Shown here piece by piece: positions 8,315 through 17,760 of a DNA stretch of 64,000 bases. This stretch comes from an archaeon (GTDB lineage Archaea > B1Sed10-29 > JAJRYS01): NCBI GenBank assembly GCA_024275665.1, contig JAJRYS010000016.1, forward strand, positions 3,050-67,049, given 5' to 3'. Position 1 is the stretch's first letter; each line of letters opens with the position of its first letter. The translations under genes and the position numbers were made by a program. The notes under the pieces were generated by a model. The model was not told the DNA's origin. It ran no database searches and saw only the letters and a program-made list of their open reading frames with translations.

Positions 8315-9229
8315 TTAATATGGTTTCTTCACTTCAACAAACTCATTAGGCAGTAGTATTGGCTTTTCGTAATTCTTCCAGTCGTCCAAGACTATTCGTG
8401 GGCAGGCAGTGATTACGAAAGCGTCGAAAGGAAGGTAGTCGATTCGTTCAGGAGTGATTTCGTTCATTATTACCAAGTAAGTGTTTTCATGTTCTTTGCA
8501 TAGCTTTTCAGCGAGTTGTAGTTGCTGTTGGCCTGGCTTCGTGCTTGCGATTACTCCGAACGTCTTAGCCTTGCTTGCTTTACTTATCCTAAGCCATTTT
8601 TCTTTCTCCCATTCCCCAGCGCTTACTTCTGTCACTTCCTCGTTGTACGGGTTTGCTTGGATTATTTTTTTCTTAGTAGTATAAGCTACCAGTAGTGGGT
8701 GGAATTTTCCAGAACCTATGAACAAAAAACAATCAACGTCGTTGGCAATGCTTGCAGCGCTTCCAGCATCACATCCCAGCACTTGCCCGTCGTACGTTGC
8801 TTTGTTCCCTTTTCTTCCTATTACTGCTCTCTTACCTTTGTTTTCTAGGAATTTTTTCACTTCATCAAGCTTGTGAATGTGCTGCACTGTGGTGACTAAT
8901 CCTACTTTTTCACAGAGAAAGTTAAGCGCTTTTTCAACTACTGTGATCACTTCCAAATCTGACCTTGTTTCTGCGTATATTACGTTCTTGTTTTCAAGCA
9001 TTTTTGAATGCCCGTAGTGCACTGTTAGGAACCCTGGGATTGTTTGAATGTCGCATGCTCCGTAACAAGGGTCTCCTGACAATGCTATTTCAGCATTTGT
9101 TTTTTCCTTTAACTCTTTCATGAGTTTTTCAGCGTACTGTTTTAAGCCTTCTGGAAGCTGAAGCAGGACTTTGCTTGCTTTTCTCTTCTTGATTTCTCCT
9201 ATTATCCTTTTTGTTTCAAAATCATACAT
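8315..9229 (-). CDS. dph2: Diphthamide biosynthesis enzyme Dph2 (2-(3-amino-3-carboxypropyl)histidine synthase)
   Basis: Colinear with Pyrococcus Dph2: KVLLQLPEGLK, YGACD, QVLGCDAGSA, FIGSGKFHP and VITACPR cysteine-containing motifs. Confidence 0.8.
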   Translation of the reverse strand: MYDFETKRIIGEIKKRKASKVLLQLPEGLKQYAEKLMKELKEKTNAEIALSGDPCYGACDIQTIPGFLTVHYGHSKMLENKNVIYAETRSDLEVITVVEKALNFLCEKVGLVTTVQHIHKLDEVKKFLENKGKRAVIGRKGNKATYDGQVLGCDAGSAASIANDVDCFLFIGSGKFHPLLVAYTTKKKIIQANPYNEEVTEVSAGEWEKEKWLRISKASKAKTFGVIASTKPGQQQLQLAEKLCKEHENTYLVIMNEITPERIDYLPFDAFVITACPRIVLDDWKNYEKPILLPNEFVEVKKPY

Positions 9230-9525
9230 TAGTCATTCACTTTTCCTATCATTGACAAGCCTAACAAGTTGAATGAGAAGAAGACTGCAAGTGCTTGCAA
9301 GTGCCATGGTCTCATACTTATCAAGTATCCTGTGTTCATTGAGTCAAAAATCCAGTACAAGACTACGAATTCCTGCAGTGCCAGGAAAGCGAATGCGATG
9401 GCAGCCCATTTGTAGAGTTTTATGTTTTTCTTTGAGTATTTTTCAACAAGCAAGACTGCTGTTGCTATGAAAATTATCATGTTCACGAAGCTTATGATGA
9501 AATAATAACCAAGCACGCCTATCAT
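9229..9525 (-). CDS. Small integral membrane protein (3 TM)
   Basis: Hydrophobic helices; start overlaps the upstream gene, stop abuts Dph2. Confidence 0.4.
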   Translation of the reverse strand: MIGVLGYYFIISFVNMIIFIATAVLLVEKYSKKNIKLYKWAAIAFAFLALQEFVVLYWIFDSMNTGYLISMRPWHLQALAVFFSFNLLGLSMIGKVND

Positions 9526-9528
9526 TTT

Positions 9529-9894
9529 TTAGCCCCTCATCCATCCTACTGCTATTGTCACGCTTAAATATCCTATTGTTATTATCATGTTTATTGATGC
9601 TTCAAGTTGAAGTGTTAAACTGTTTGTCAATGCCAATACTGCAGTGGTAGTGTAAGCAAGCGCTATTAATGCGAATCCTACTGTTCCGAATAGTATGTCT
9701 TTTTCTTTGAAGTACAAGTAAGTTCCTATTACGTAATACAGTAATGCCAAAGCGTTTAAGGCAAGCATTGTCTGAATTATTACAAGCATTAATCTATCTG
9801 TTGTGATTGTTTTTGTAAACAAAGTAGTGACTAATAAAACTCCTAATATCATGTTTCCTGCCAGCAATATTTTTCCAATGTGTTTTTCTATCAT
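9529..9894 (-). CDS. Small integral membrane protein (4 TM)
   Basis: Hydrophobic helices; 4-nt overlap with the KaiC-like ATPase gene. Confidence 0.4.
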   Translation of the reverse strand: MIEKHIGKILLAGNMILGVLLVTTLFTKTITTDRLMLVIIQTMLALNALALLYYVIGTYLYFKEKDILFGTVGFALIALAYTTTAVLALTNSLTLQLEASINMIITIGYLSVTIAVGWMRG

Positions 9895-10580
9895 TTGAAA
9901 AACTCCCTCACTCTTATCCTGGCATCAGGTGTGATGTTGAATTCTATCCAGTTCAATGGATGGTTAGTATTATGCATTCTTTCAATCTTAATAAACCTCT
10001 TGTCTTTCATTACTTCCATGTGAATAGTAGCGTCTGCCAAATAGTTTATTGTGAAGAATTGGGTTTTTTCATGGATCCCTTCTTCTAAGATTATCAAACC
10101 TATAGAATTTAGAGCGATTATTTTTCCTCTTAGCATTTGAAGGAACTTATAAACTGCTTTTTCGTTGTTGTAAAGAAGCAAGTCTGAGACAGAGTCAATG
10201 ATTACTACTCCTTTTTTGAAATTGTTTTCTTCTATTGCTTTTTTTATCAGCATGTTAAGCTCGTTAAGGTTGCTGAGGTTTTTCAAGGTGTATCCTTCCT
10301 CTTCTTTAGCATAAGAATAGCAATCTATGATTACAAGATTTTTGTCATCAGGGTTCATGCCGTATAAGCCCATTTTTTTTCTGAAAGCAAGGCTTGGCTC
10401 GTATGTCAGGATTAACAGTACTTTCTTTTTTTGTTTCAGCGTGTTGTTTATGAAGTTGAGGACAAAAGTTGATTTTCCACTTCCCGGATGGCCGTAAAGC
10501 AGGCTCATGCTTTCTTCTGGAAAGCCTCCTTGCATTAACTTGTCAAGCCCTTTTACTCCTGAACTTATTCGCATAACCAT
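9891..10580 (-). CDS. KaiC/RadA-like RecA-superfamily ATPase (single domain, about 229 aa)
   Basis: GLDKLMQGGFPE...LLYGHPGSGKST Walker A in the KaiC-like context; Walker B hydrophobic strand ending in D (VVIIDS). Confidence 0.65.
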   Translation of the reverse strand: MVMRISSGVKGLDKLMQGGFPEESMSLLYGHPGSGKSTFVLNFINNTLKQKKKVLLILTYEPSLAFRKKMGLYGMNPDDKNLVIIDCYSYAKEEEGYTLKNLSNLNELNMLIKKAIEENNFKKGVVIIDSVSDLLLYNNEKAVYKFLQMLRGKIIALNSIGLIILEEGIHEKTQFFTINYLADATIHMEVMKDKRFIKIERMHNTNHPLNWIEFNITPDARIRVREFFK

Positions 10581-10607
10581 AGTTTAGTCATGATTGTTTT
10601 AAAATCA

Positions 10608-11579
10608 TTACTCTAAAGGTTTTGCTTTTATGCTGAAGAGTTTTTCAATGATTTTTGCCAATTGTTTAGAGTACCCATGCACGGTTAACACTTTTCTCGG
10701 TTTTGCATTTTCAACATACTCAAGAATTTGGTAGAAGTCAGCATGGTCTGGTAGTTGGAAAGTTTTGTGAATTCCTGTGAAGTTGTATAAGGAAGACCAG
10801 CCAGTGAGCACTGCTGTTGAAGTTTTCCTCCCTGTCTCTGATGATAACCTTCTTGCTTCTTCTTTTATCTTGTTATGCTGAGTGACTGCTGTGAATGGGG
10901 CTTCTTTCACCTCTTCATCTTTTTCCGTCGTATAATATTCAAGATTTACCTTATTTTTCTTGTAAATATTATTGTAGTAGGCTATTTGCTCGTTTACTAA
11001 TGGTTTTTCACCTGACTCGTTTAACAGTTTAGTCACTTCTTGGGCTTTTCCAAGAGAATAAGCTCCTAGTAGTACGTTGTTCCCTTTTTGTTTTTCTCTC
11101 TCGATCCAGTCTATCAACTGGCTTTGCACTTCTCTTATTTCAGGAAATCTGAATTTCGGAAGCCCGTAAGTTGATTCTATTATGATGGTATCTGCTTCTA
11201 TTATTTCTGCTTTCCCAAGCATTGATTCCTTTAGCCTGAAATCACCTGTATAAACTATCCTTTCATCTTTCGTGTCTATTACTAATTGAGATGATCCTAA
11301 AATATGGTTTGCGTTTGCCTGTGTAACTGTCATTCCGTCGAATTCTATTTCTTCCCAGTATTTTTTCCTTACTTTTGCTTCAAAAGGCATTAAGCAAGAA
11401 GTTTCAGGAGTGCATAATACTCTTGCTTCATGTTTTCTAACGTGATCTGAGTGAGCGTGCGAAATGCTTACAAGAGTATTGTCCTTGTGCCTTACTTTTT
11501 TATTAGGGTCTAAAATCAGTTCATGCTTTCCATTGTCTTGACTAATCACTATTCCTTCTTTCATTATTACTGAAGCCAC
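10608..11579 (-). CDS. Metallo-beta-lactamase fold hydrolase, probably a beta-CASP family nuclease
   Basis: HAHSDH (HxHxDH) motif, downstream Asp/His motifs, about 323 aa. Confidence 0.5.
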   Translation of the reverse strand: MASVIMKEGIVISQDNGKHELILDPNKKVRHKDNTLVSISHAHSDHVRKHEARVLCTPETSCLMPFEAKVRKKYWEEIEFDGMTVTQANANHILGSSQLVIDTKDERIVYTGDFRLKESMLGKAEIIEADTIIIESTYGLPKFRFPEIREVQSQLIDWIEREKQKGNNVLLGAYSLGKAQEVTKLLNESGEKPLVNEQIAYYNNIYKKNKVNLEYYTTEKDEEVKEAPFTAVTQHNKIKEEARRLSSETGRKTSTAVLTGWSSLYNFTGIHKTFQLPDHADFYQILEYVENAKPRKVLTVHGYSKQLAKIIEKLFSIKAKPLE

Positions 11580-11697
11580 CGTTGCCCACCAGTGGCTTAT
11601 TATTCAAGAATAGTTTTTAAGACTTTACACTGAAGTGCAGATGTTTATGTTATAAAAGAAAAAGAGAGGTGGTGAAGAGTAATTCACCAAATGGTTT

Positions 11698-12900
11698 TTA
11701 TTGCTTCTTTTTTGCTGCTTCTTTTTTTGCTTTTTCAACAAGTTTTTCCAAGTAGTCTCTGGTTTTTTGTTCTTCTATTTTTTCCGCTTCAGCGTTCCTG
11801 CTTCTTATGTAAAGCAATGCTATTACTAGTGCTATTATTATCACTGCTCCTATTAGTGTTGATCCTCCGAAGAAGGCCATTCCTGTAGGCATTCCTATTT
11901 TGTATCCTGCGAGTACTACTTGTTCTTTTGTTATCACTGAATCATCTTTGATAAGGCTTATGTTTAATGGTGTTTCTGAAAAGCTTGTTGGGATTATTGT
12001 CAGGTTTATTGTTTTAGTCTCGTATCCTTCTATTGAGAATGGTTCGTTTCCGCTTACTTCCCATCCTTCTGGAAGTCCTTCTATTTTCCATTCAACGTTG
12101 TTAAGGTCTGAGATTCCTCTGTTCTTTATCCTGAATGATAGTTCATATCCTATTATTTTTCCTGTTTCTTCTTTTACAGGCTCCCATGGCAGTAATAGTT
12201 TCATGTCAAGCCTGTCTGTTAGGGGTTCTGCTCCTTCAATGTTCAGGATGAAGTCTGCTTGTGTTATAACGTTTCCGCTTCCTGCTTTTACTGTTAGTTC
12301 ATACTCGTCTGCTGGGAAGTATATTGGCACTGTTATTCTTATTTTTAATTCTTTTACTTCATTAGGGTCTAAATCAAATGGTTCTGGGTATTTTGGATTT
12401 AACACTTCTGGTATTGTTCCTTCTATTACTATGTTTCTGAGTCTTTCGTTTCCCTCGTTTCTTATTATGAATTTGAGGTCTTGGGTTTCTCCTTGCATTA
12501 CGCTTACTTCTTCATAAACAGAAGTCAGTTTTAAAGCATCTACTCCTTCTTGCACGTTCACGGCAAGGTTTTCAACCTGTCCATTAATATTTAATTTGAT
12601 TAAGTATACTCCTTCTCCTAAGCCGTTTGTAACCCCAAACACATGGATTGTCTTGGTCTTATTTGTGTCCAAATGGAATGATGGCTCACTTATTGAAGTG
12701 TACACATCCTTAGAGTCTGCTGTTACTAGCACGTTTTGTGCTTGGTCGTAGTTTGTTATTTGGATTTCAAAGTCTGCTACTCCTCCTTTAGGCACGGTTA
12801 CGAGAGGATTCACAGTATTTATGCTCAAAGCAAGTGCTATTCCTACTAAGAGCAGTCCAGCTATTATGTTTTTTATTCCTGTCATCTTCACCACACTCAA
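11698..12900 (-). CDS. Cell-surface protein with signal peptide, CARDB/DUF11-like beta domains and a C-terminal TM anchor with a Lys-rich tail
   Basis: N-terminal signal-like helix, repeated beta-rich segments, C-terminal hydrophobic helix followed by KKEAAKKKQ. Confidence 0.5.
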   Translation of the reverse strand: MSVVKMTGIKNIIAGLLLVGIALALSINTVNPLVTVPKGGVADFEIQITNYDQAQNVLVTADSKDVYTSISEPSFHLDTNKTKTIHVFGVTNGLGEGVYLIKLNINGQVENLAVNVQEGVDALKLTSVYEEVSVMQGETQDLKFIIRNEGNERLRNIVIEGTIPEVLNPKYPEPFDLDPNEVKELKIRITVPIYFPADEYELTVKAGSGNVITQADFILNIEGAEPLTDRLDMKLLLPWEPVKEETGKIIGYELSFRIKNRGISDLNNVEWKIEGLPEGWEVSGNEPFSIEGYETKTINLTIIPTSFSETPLNISLIKDDSVITKEQVVLAGYKIGMPTGMAFFGGSTLIGAVIIIALVIALLYIRSRNAEAEKIEEQKTRDYLEKLVEKAKKEAAKKKQ

Positions 12901-12991
12901 TTAGTTTTGTTACTATTTGTAGGGGACAACATTTAAATACTTTACGGTTTACAATAAAAGACGTGAAAAGTTTTTAAAGGCGGTATGATTT

Positions 12992-13744
12992 ATGAAAAAA
13001 CGTATGATAAAGGATCTAGGATTGTTGTCTTTATTAAAGTCAGTGGGCCTTAACGAATATGAGTCAAGAGTATTTGCAACCTTGCTCTTGCAAGGAGCCA
13101 GCACTGCAAGCGAGCTCAGTATTAATGCTAACGTGCCAAGGCCAAGAGTTTATGACATTCTTGAAAAGCTTGCAAGCAAAGGTCTTGTAACCAAGCATCC
13201 TGGGAGGCCTGTAAGATTCAAGGCTCTTGATATTGATGAGGCTTTTTCTAATTACATTGAAATAAAAAGACAGGAGCATGAGAAAAACCTGAAAGAAATA
13301 AATAGGCTTAAGGAAAAGCTTAAGAATTCATTACAGGAAAAAGTTTCAAAATCACAGGAGTTTAAGAGTGAGAAAGACATGGTATGGGTTTTGAAGAACA
13401 GGGCTAATATTTATTCAAAACTAGAGTCGCTTATAAGTAATGCTAATGAAAGCATTTTAATAGCAACTACTGAAGAAGGATTGAAAAGAAAGATAACCAA
13501 TTATGGGGAAGCCCTTAGAAAAGCAAGAAAAAGAGGAGTGGATATTAAAATAATTTCTCCTGCTGATGACGAATACGCGCGTATTGCGAGCAAATTTGCT
13601 AATTTCATTAACAAAGATCCTGCTCAGAGATTAGTTACAGTTGATGACCATGTATTGTTATTCTTGACTCCTGAGCATGATGAAGAAGTAGGAGCATGGA
13701 TCAAATCTCCTTATTTTGCAAGAAATGTTAGAAGATTATTCTAG
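12992..13744 (+). CDS. TrmB-family transcriptional regulator
   Basis: N-terminal winged HTH (YESRVFATLLLQGASTASELS...PRPRVYDILEKLASKGLV), coiled-coil linker and a C-terminal TrmB-type domain. Confidence 0.65.
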   Translation: MKKRMIKDLGLLSLLKSVGLNEYESRVFATLLLQGASTASELSINANVPRPRVYDILEKLASKGLVTKHPGRPVRFKALDIDEAFSNYIEIKRQEHEKNLKEINRLKEKLKNSLQEKVSKSQEFKSEKDMVWVLKNRANIYSKLESLISNANESILIATTEEGLKRKITNYGEALRKARKRGVDIKIISPADDEYARIASKFANFINKDPAQRLVTVDDHVLLFLTPEHDEEVGAWIKSPYFARNVRRLF

Positions 13745-13803
13745 CTATCTTTTTGTAGTAACAATTAATAAATAGCTTTTTTGATAAATAAAGAAGAAAC
13801 AAA

Positions 13804-13921
13804 GGGCCAGTAGCTTAGTCACTACGCTGGACTTTCACTTACCCTCTTTCAGCGTAGCTAAAATGGTTGGAGCACCCGACTGATAATCGGGAGGCCGAGA
13901 GTTCAAATCTCTCCTGGCCCA
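13804..13921 (+). tRNA. tRNA-Ile (anticodon GAU) with a roughly 40-nt intron at a non-canonical position in the D-arm
   Basis: Acceptor GGGCCAG/CTGGCCC plus discriminator A; intact anticodon arm CCCGA-CTGATAA-TCGGG; T-arm GAGAG-TTCAAAT-CTCTC; D-stem GCTT/GAGC interrupted by an insert that forms the helix CTACGCTG/CAGCGTAG; no encoded CCA. Confidence 0.6.
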
Positions 13922-13949
13922 TTGAACTTACTATTTGCTTTGAAAGGAG

Positions 13950-14177
13950 TTGATGGTTTTGAGAGGAAGGTCACAATTAATTGAATGTGTTTACTGCGGT
14001 AGAAAAGTACCAGTGGATAAAGCTATAAGGACAACTGTCTATAGTTTCAGTTATTATGATCCAAGAATGGGTTTGAAGCACAGGGGAGTAGGTACAACTG
14101 CTTATGTGTGTCCTTCTTGTGCAAGACACAGGCACATAGTAGATCAAAGAGGAAGAATAAGGCCAAAAAAGAGGTAA
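13950..14177 (+). CDS. rps26e: Ribosomal protein S26e (eS26)
   Basis: CVYCGRKVPVDKAI and CPSCARHRHIV align with the eS26 zinc-ribbon motifs CxxCxxxVPKDKAI and CVSCAIHSKVV. Confidence 0.7.
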   Translation: MMVLRGRSQLIECVYCGRKVPVDKAIRTTVYSFSYYDPRMGLKHRGVGTTAYVCPSCARHRHIVDQRGRIRPKKR

Positions 14178-14195
14178 CTTTCTTTTTTTGATTTT

Positions 14196-14696
14196 TTATG
14201 CTTTGTCAAGTAATAAGTGAGAAGCAAAACTCAGGAATGCGAAGAAACCTATTAATACAGCAAGCAAATAGTTTCTGAAAATGAAGAAGCTTATGATTAA
14301 TACAAACAGCCCGTATATCATTCCTGTTTTAAAAGAGTGAATCGGCCCTCTGTGTCTTGGCATTATGAAAGTAACAGTAAGAACTACTCCCAGAGTTATT
14401 AATGCAGATACTATTACACTTATCACTGCTTTTTCAAGACTGCTTGCGGTTTTTGACAAGTAGTAAAAGACTGCTGAGAATACTCCTACTGCTATGAAGA
14501 AATTCATTCTCCTAAAAGCTCTTGATTTTTTGTTATCAATGTCTGGCAGTGTTGACCCAATATAACAGAATAAGAAGCTTACGATTGTTATGAGTATTAA
14601 CTTCTCAAGGTTTGAGTAATATTTCATCACTGCATATGCTATGAAAAACAACCATATTACTACTCCCAATGCTTCATGAGCAGTATGCGAACTCAT
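14196..14696 (-). CDS. Membrane-bound metal-dependent hydrolase-like protein (DUF457/YdjM-like)
   Basis: Polytopic membrane protein with an N-terminal H...E and an LPDID motif. Confidence 0.4.
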   Translation of the reverse strand: MSSHTAHEALGVVIWLFFIAYAVMKYYSNLEKLILITIVSFLFCYIGSTLPDIDNKKSRAFRRMNFFIAVGVFSAVFYYLSKTASSLEKAVISVIVSALITLGVVLTVTFIMPRHRGPIHSFKTGMIYGLFVLIISFFIFRNYLLAVLIGFFAFLSFASHLLLDKA

Positions 14697-14736
14697 ACTT
14701 TCCTGTTAACTCTTTTCGTGTTATTAAAGCTTTAAG

Positions 14737-14748
14737 TTTAAATACTTG
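14737..14748 (+). promoter_or_regulatory. TATA-box-like element (AAGTTTAAATAC) about 25 nt upstream of the 14767 start
   Basis: Archaeal TATA consensus TTTAWATA at the expected distance from the start codon. Confidence 0.3.
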
Positions 14749-14766
14749 CATTGATTAACAATAAGT

Positions 14767-15066
14767 ATGCTTTGTAGTATTTGCAAAAAAGAAAGAAAGC
14801 CATTCAATGAATGGATAATTCAGGAACATGCTATGGATAATTCTCTCATGCGTGAGTTCAAAGTATGCGATGAATGTGGGGCTTCTCTTGTTCGTAAAAT
14901 AGTTAGTGAAATGAATCCAAAAGCAGAAATAAATGGAGAAATAGAGTTAATGAGGACAGGGGTTGTTGATCACGTGTTTCTGCTGAAGAAAGGTAATTTC
15001 AGGATTTTCATAACAATGGATTTGGCAAAGGCAAGGAAAATAGTTCTTGATGCTACTGATTCTTAA
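14767..15066 (+). CDS. Hypothetical protein with a CxxC...CxxC zinc-ribbon-like N-terminus
   Basis: CSICKK...CDECG cysteine pairs; otherwise no match. Confidence 0.35.
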   Translation: MLCSICKKERKPFNEWIIQEHAMDNSLMREFKVCDECGASLVRKIVSEMNPKAEINGEIELMRTGVVDHVFLLKKGNFRIFITMDLAKARKIVLDATDS

Positions 15067-15260
15067 GCAATCATCTTTATAAGAACACCCATTAGCAATC
15101 CAAACAACGCCATTAGCACTCCTAGTGCTATGAACAAAAGAGTTCTTGCTTCTCTTAAGTCCTTGTCAAGTTCTATTGCCTGCACATGTGTTTTTCTTAC
15201 AATTTTCTTCAAAGCTTTTATTTCTTTTTCAATCTCTTCCTTACTCTTGACCATTTGCAT
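15063..15260 (-). CDS. Small tail-anchored membrane protein (coiled-coil N-terminus, single C-terminal TM)
   Basis: 65 aa; charged helical N-terminus then LLFIALGVLMALFGLLMGVLI; stop overlaps the MetRS start region. Confidence 0.3.
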   Translation of the reverse strand: MQMVKSKEEIEKEIKALKKIVRKTHVQAIELDKDLREARTLLFIALGVLMALFGLLMGVLIKMIA

Positions 15261-17194
15261 TACCTCACTTTAGCACCTGATTTTATATCCTTATCAACAG
15301 TTAGTAAAACCACGTTGCTGCCTTCTTCTGCTGCTAATAACATTCCCTGTGATTCCACTCCTCTTAGTTTCTTAGGTTCAAGATTAACTAGTACTATTAT
15401 TTTTTTACCTTCAAGCTCTTCTGGCTTGTAATATTTAGCAAGACCTGCTGCTAGTGTTCTTTCTTCTCCTCCAATGTCAACTGTTAGTTTCAAGAGCTTG
15501 TCAGCTCCTTCCACTTTCTCAGCTTTTACTACTTCTCCTACTCTTAGATCTAGTTTTGCAAAGTCATCGTATTTTATCATGTTCTCTTCCTCCTTTTTGT
15601 TTATTTTTTCAATAACTTCTCTTATTTCAACTTTTTTGAACAACGGCTTGAATTCCTTTATAATGAATTTTTCTTCAAGAATCTTTACATCATCCCATTT
15701 TTTGTTTTCCAATCCTAAGTATTCAAGTATTTTTTCACTTGACTCAGGAATGAATGGTTTTAAGAGCACTGCAAGTGCTTTGGCGACATGCAGGCAAGTG
15801 TAAGTAACTGCCTTCTTTCTTTCTTCTTTTTTCCAAGGCTCTTCAGCTGTGATGTACTGGTTTGCTTTTCTTGCAAGACCAACAACCAATCCAAGCGCTT
15901 TCTTAAGTTCAACATTGTGCATTGCTTCTTCTACTTTTTTTACAATCTTTCCTACTTCTTTCACCATCTCTTCGTCTGCTTGTGTGAGTTCTGGTTTTTC
16001 AACGATGTTGTTGAAGAACTTCTTTGCAAAAGTAAGAGTCCTATGAATGAAGTTTCCTATTACGTCGTTTAACTCGTTCGTCTTTTCCTCAAGGAATTCC
16101 CAAGTAAAGTTATAGTCTTTGTTTTCAGGAAGAGCTGAGAGCAAAGCATACCGCCAGTAGTCAGCGGGCAAGGCTCTTACTGCGTCCAATGCTTTTATCA
16201 TTGTTCCTTTCGACTTTGACAGCTTGGACCCGCTGAACCTCAAGTACTCGTAGGCTATTACTTTGCTTGGTAGTATGAATTCTCCTTCTGCTATCAGCAT
16301 TCCAGGAAAGAACACTGTATGGAATACTATGTTGTCTTTTCCAAGGAAGTGCACTAATTGCGTGTCGTTTTCCCTCCACCAGTTCATCTTTCCAAGTTGT
16401 TTTGTGAAGGTAATATAACCTATTGGAGCATCAAACCACACGTAGAACACTAAGCCTTCAGCATCAGGAATGGGCACTCCCCATTCCATGTTCCTTGAAA
16501 TGTCTTTTTCCCTTAGTCCTTCTTTTATGAAGGAAACCGCGAAGTTCTTAGCATTAGCAGTCATTCCCTCGTGTTTTTCAACCCATCCTCTTAGTTCTTT
16601 TTCAACTCTCGGCAAGTCGAAGAATACATGTTCTTCTTTTTTCAAAACAGGTTTATCCTTGCATATCACGCAGTAAGGTTCTATCAGCTCAGTAGTAATT
16701 AATGGCTTGCCGCACTCCTCACATTGGTCCCCTCTTGCTCCTTCAGCACCACAGTAAGGGCATTTGCCTTCTATGTAACGGTCTGGCAAGAACTTCTTGC
16801 AATGCTCGCAGTAGTATTGTTCTATTTCCTTCCTAAATATGAACCCATTCTGTTTCAAGTAATAATAAAAGTCCTGTACTACTTTAGTATGTTCTGGAGT
16901 AGTGGTTCTTGAAAAAATATCCATTCTTATGTTGAATCCTTCAAGAGCCTGCTTGTGTCTTTCATGGAACTTGTCAGCAAGCTGCTTTGGTGCCAGTCCT
17001 TGTTTTTCAGCAGCCACTACTATAGGAGTGCCGTATTCGTCGTTACCGCATACGTATATTGCTTTTTCTCCTTTTGATCTCAAAAACCGAGTATAAACAT
17101 CTGCTGGCAACAAGCAGCCTACTAAGTGTCCTAAGTGAAGGTCTCCGTTCACGTAGGGAAGTGCTGATGTTACTAAGTACTTGATTTCAACCAC
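15260..17194 (-). CDS. metG: Methionyl-tRNA synthetase with a C-terminal Trbp111/EMAP-like tRNA-binding domain
   Basis: HLGH (HIGH-class), KMSKS motif, two zinc knuckles (CEHC, CPYC, CEEC) and a C-terminal FAKLDLRVGEVVKAEKV OB-fold domain. Confidence 0.9.
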   Translation of the reverse strand: MVEIKYLVTSALPYVNGDLHLGHLVGCLLPADVYTRFLRSKGEKAIYVCGNDEYGTPIVVAAEKQGLAPKQLADKFHERHKQALEGFNIRMDIFSRTTTPEHTKVVQDFYYYLKQNGFIFRKEIEQYYCEHCKKFLPDRYIEGKCPYCGAEGARGDQCEECGKPLITTELIEPYCVICKDKPVLKKEEHVFFDLPRVEKELRGWVEKHEGMTANAKNFAVSFIKEGLREKDISRNMEWGVPIPDAEGLVFYVWFDAPIGYITFTKQLGKMNWWRENDTQLVHFLGKDNIVFHTVFFPGMLIAEGEFILPSKVIAYEYLRFSGSKLSKSKGTMIKALDAVRALPADYWRYALLSALPENKDYNFTWEFLEEKTNELNDVIGNFIHRTLTFAKKFFNNIVEKPELTQADEEMVKEVGKIVKKVEEAMHNVELKKALGLVVGLARKANQYITAEEPWKKEERKKAVTYTCLHVAKALAVLLKPFIPESSEKILEYLGLENKKWDDVKILEEKFIIKEFKPLFKKVEIREVIEKINKKEEENMIKYDDFAKLDLRVGEVVKAEKVEGADKLLKLTVDIGGEERTLAAGLAKYYKPEELEGKKIIVLVNLEPKKLRGVESQGMLLAAEEGSNVVLLTVDKDIKSGAKVR

Positions 17195-17202
17195 CTTGTA
17201 TT

Positions 17203-17706
17203 TTATTCAGAATAAAGTAGCATTAATATTACGCCGAACATTGATAAGACTAACCCAAGGGCTTTCCCGATAATGCCTTGAGTTAGGAAGACTAAGTTAG
17301 CTGCAAGGAATACCATTACGAATGCTGTGAGCATCATCAAGTACCTTACTTCGTGGTGGTAGTACTTTAATGATTCAAAAGTGTAAATGTTGTTTTCAGC
17401 AAGCGTTTTCAACAAAGTAATTAGTTCCTTATTGCTAAGGTTTTCGTCATAAACTCTTCCAGAAGCATGCCAAGGAGTGCCGAACATTTCCATTATTCTC
17501 TTATTTTTTTTCTTTATTACTATGTGATTGAATTTTCTTTTTTCCTCTCTTCCTGGCTGAGGGGTTTTAAGAGTAGTTGATAAGGGTATTAATGACTCGT
17601 AGTAGTATGTTTTTGCTTTCAGTTTTTTAGCAACTGCTTCAGCTGCTTTTCTAACATTCTTCTCGTTGAAAGAACTGAATACTACGCCGAGTTGCAAGTG
17701 TTTCAT
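17203..17706 (-). CDS. Hypothetical protein with a C-terminal membrane anchor
   Basis: Soluble N-terminal region plus two C-terminal hydrophobic helices; no motif recognised. Confidence 0.35.
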   Translation of the reverse strand: MKHLQLGVVFSSFNEKNVRKAAEAVAKKLKAKTYYYESLIPLSTTLKTPQPGREEKRKFNHIVIKKKNKRIMEMFGTPWHASGRVYDENLSNKELITLLKTLAENNIYTFESLKYYHHEVRYLMMLTAFVMVFLAANLVFLTQGIIGKALGLVLSMFGVILMLLYSE

Positions 17707-17760
17707 GAAAGAAATTAAGCGAGGACTGGTTTAAAATACTTTACAGTTGAAATAATAATC

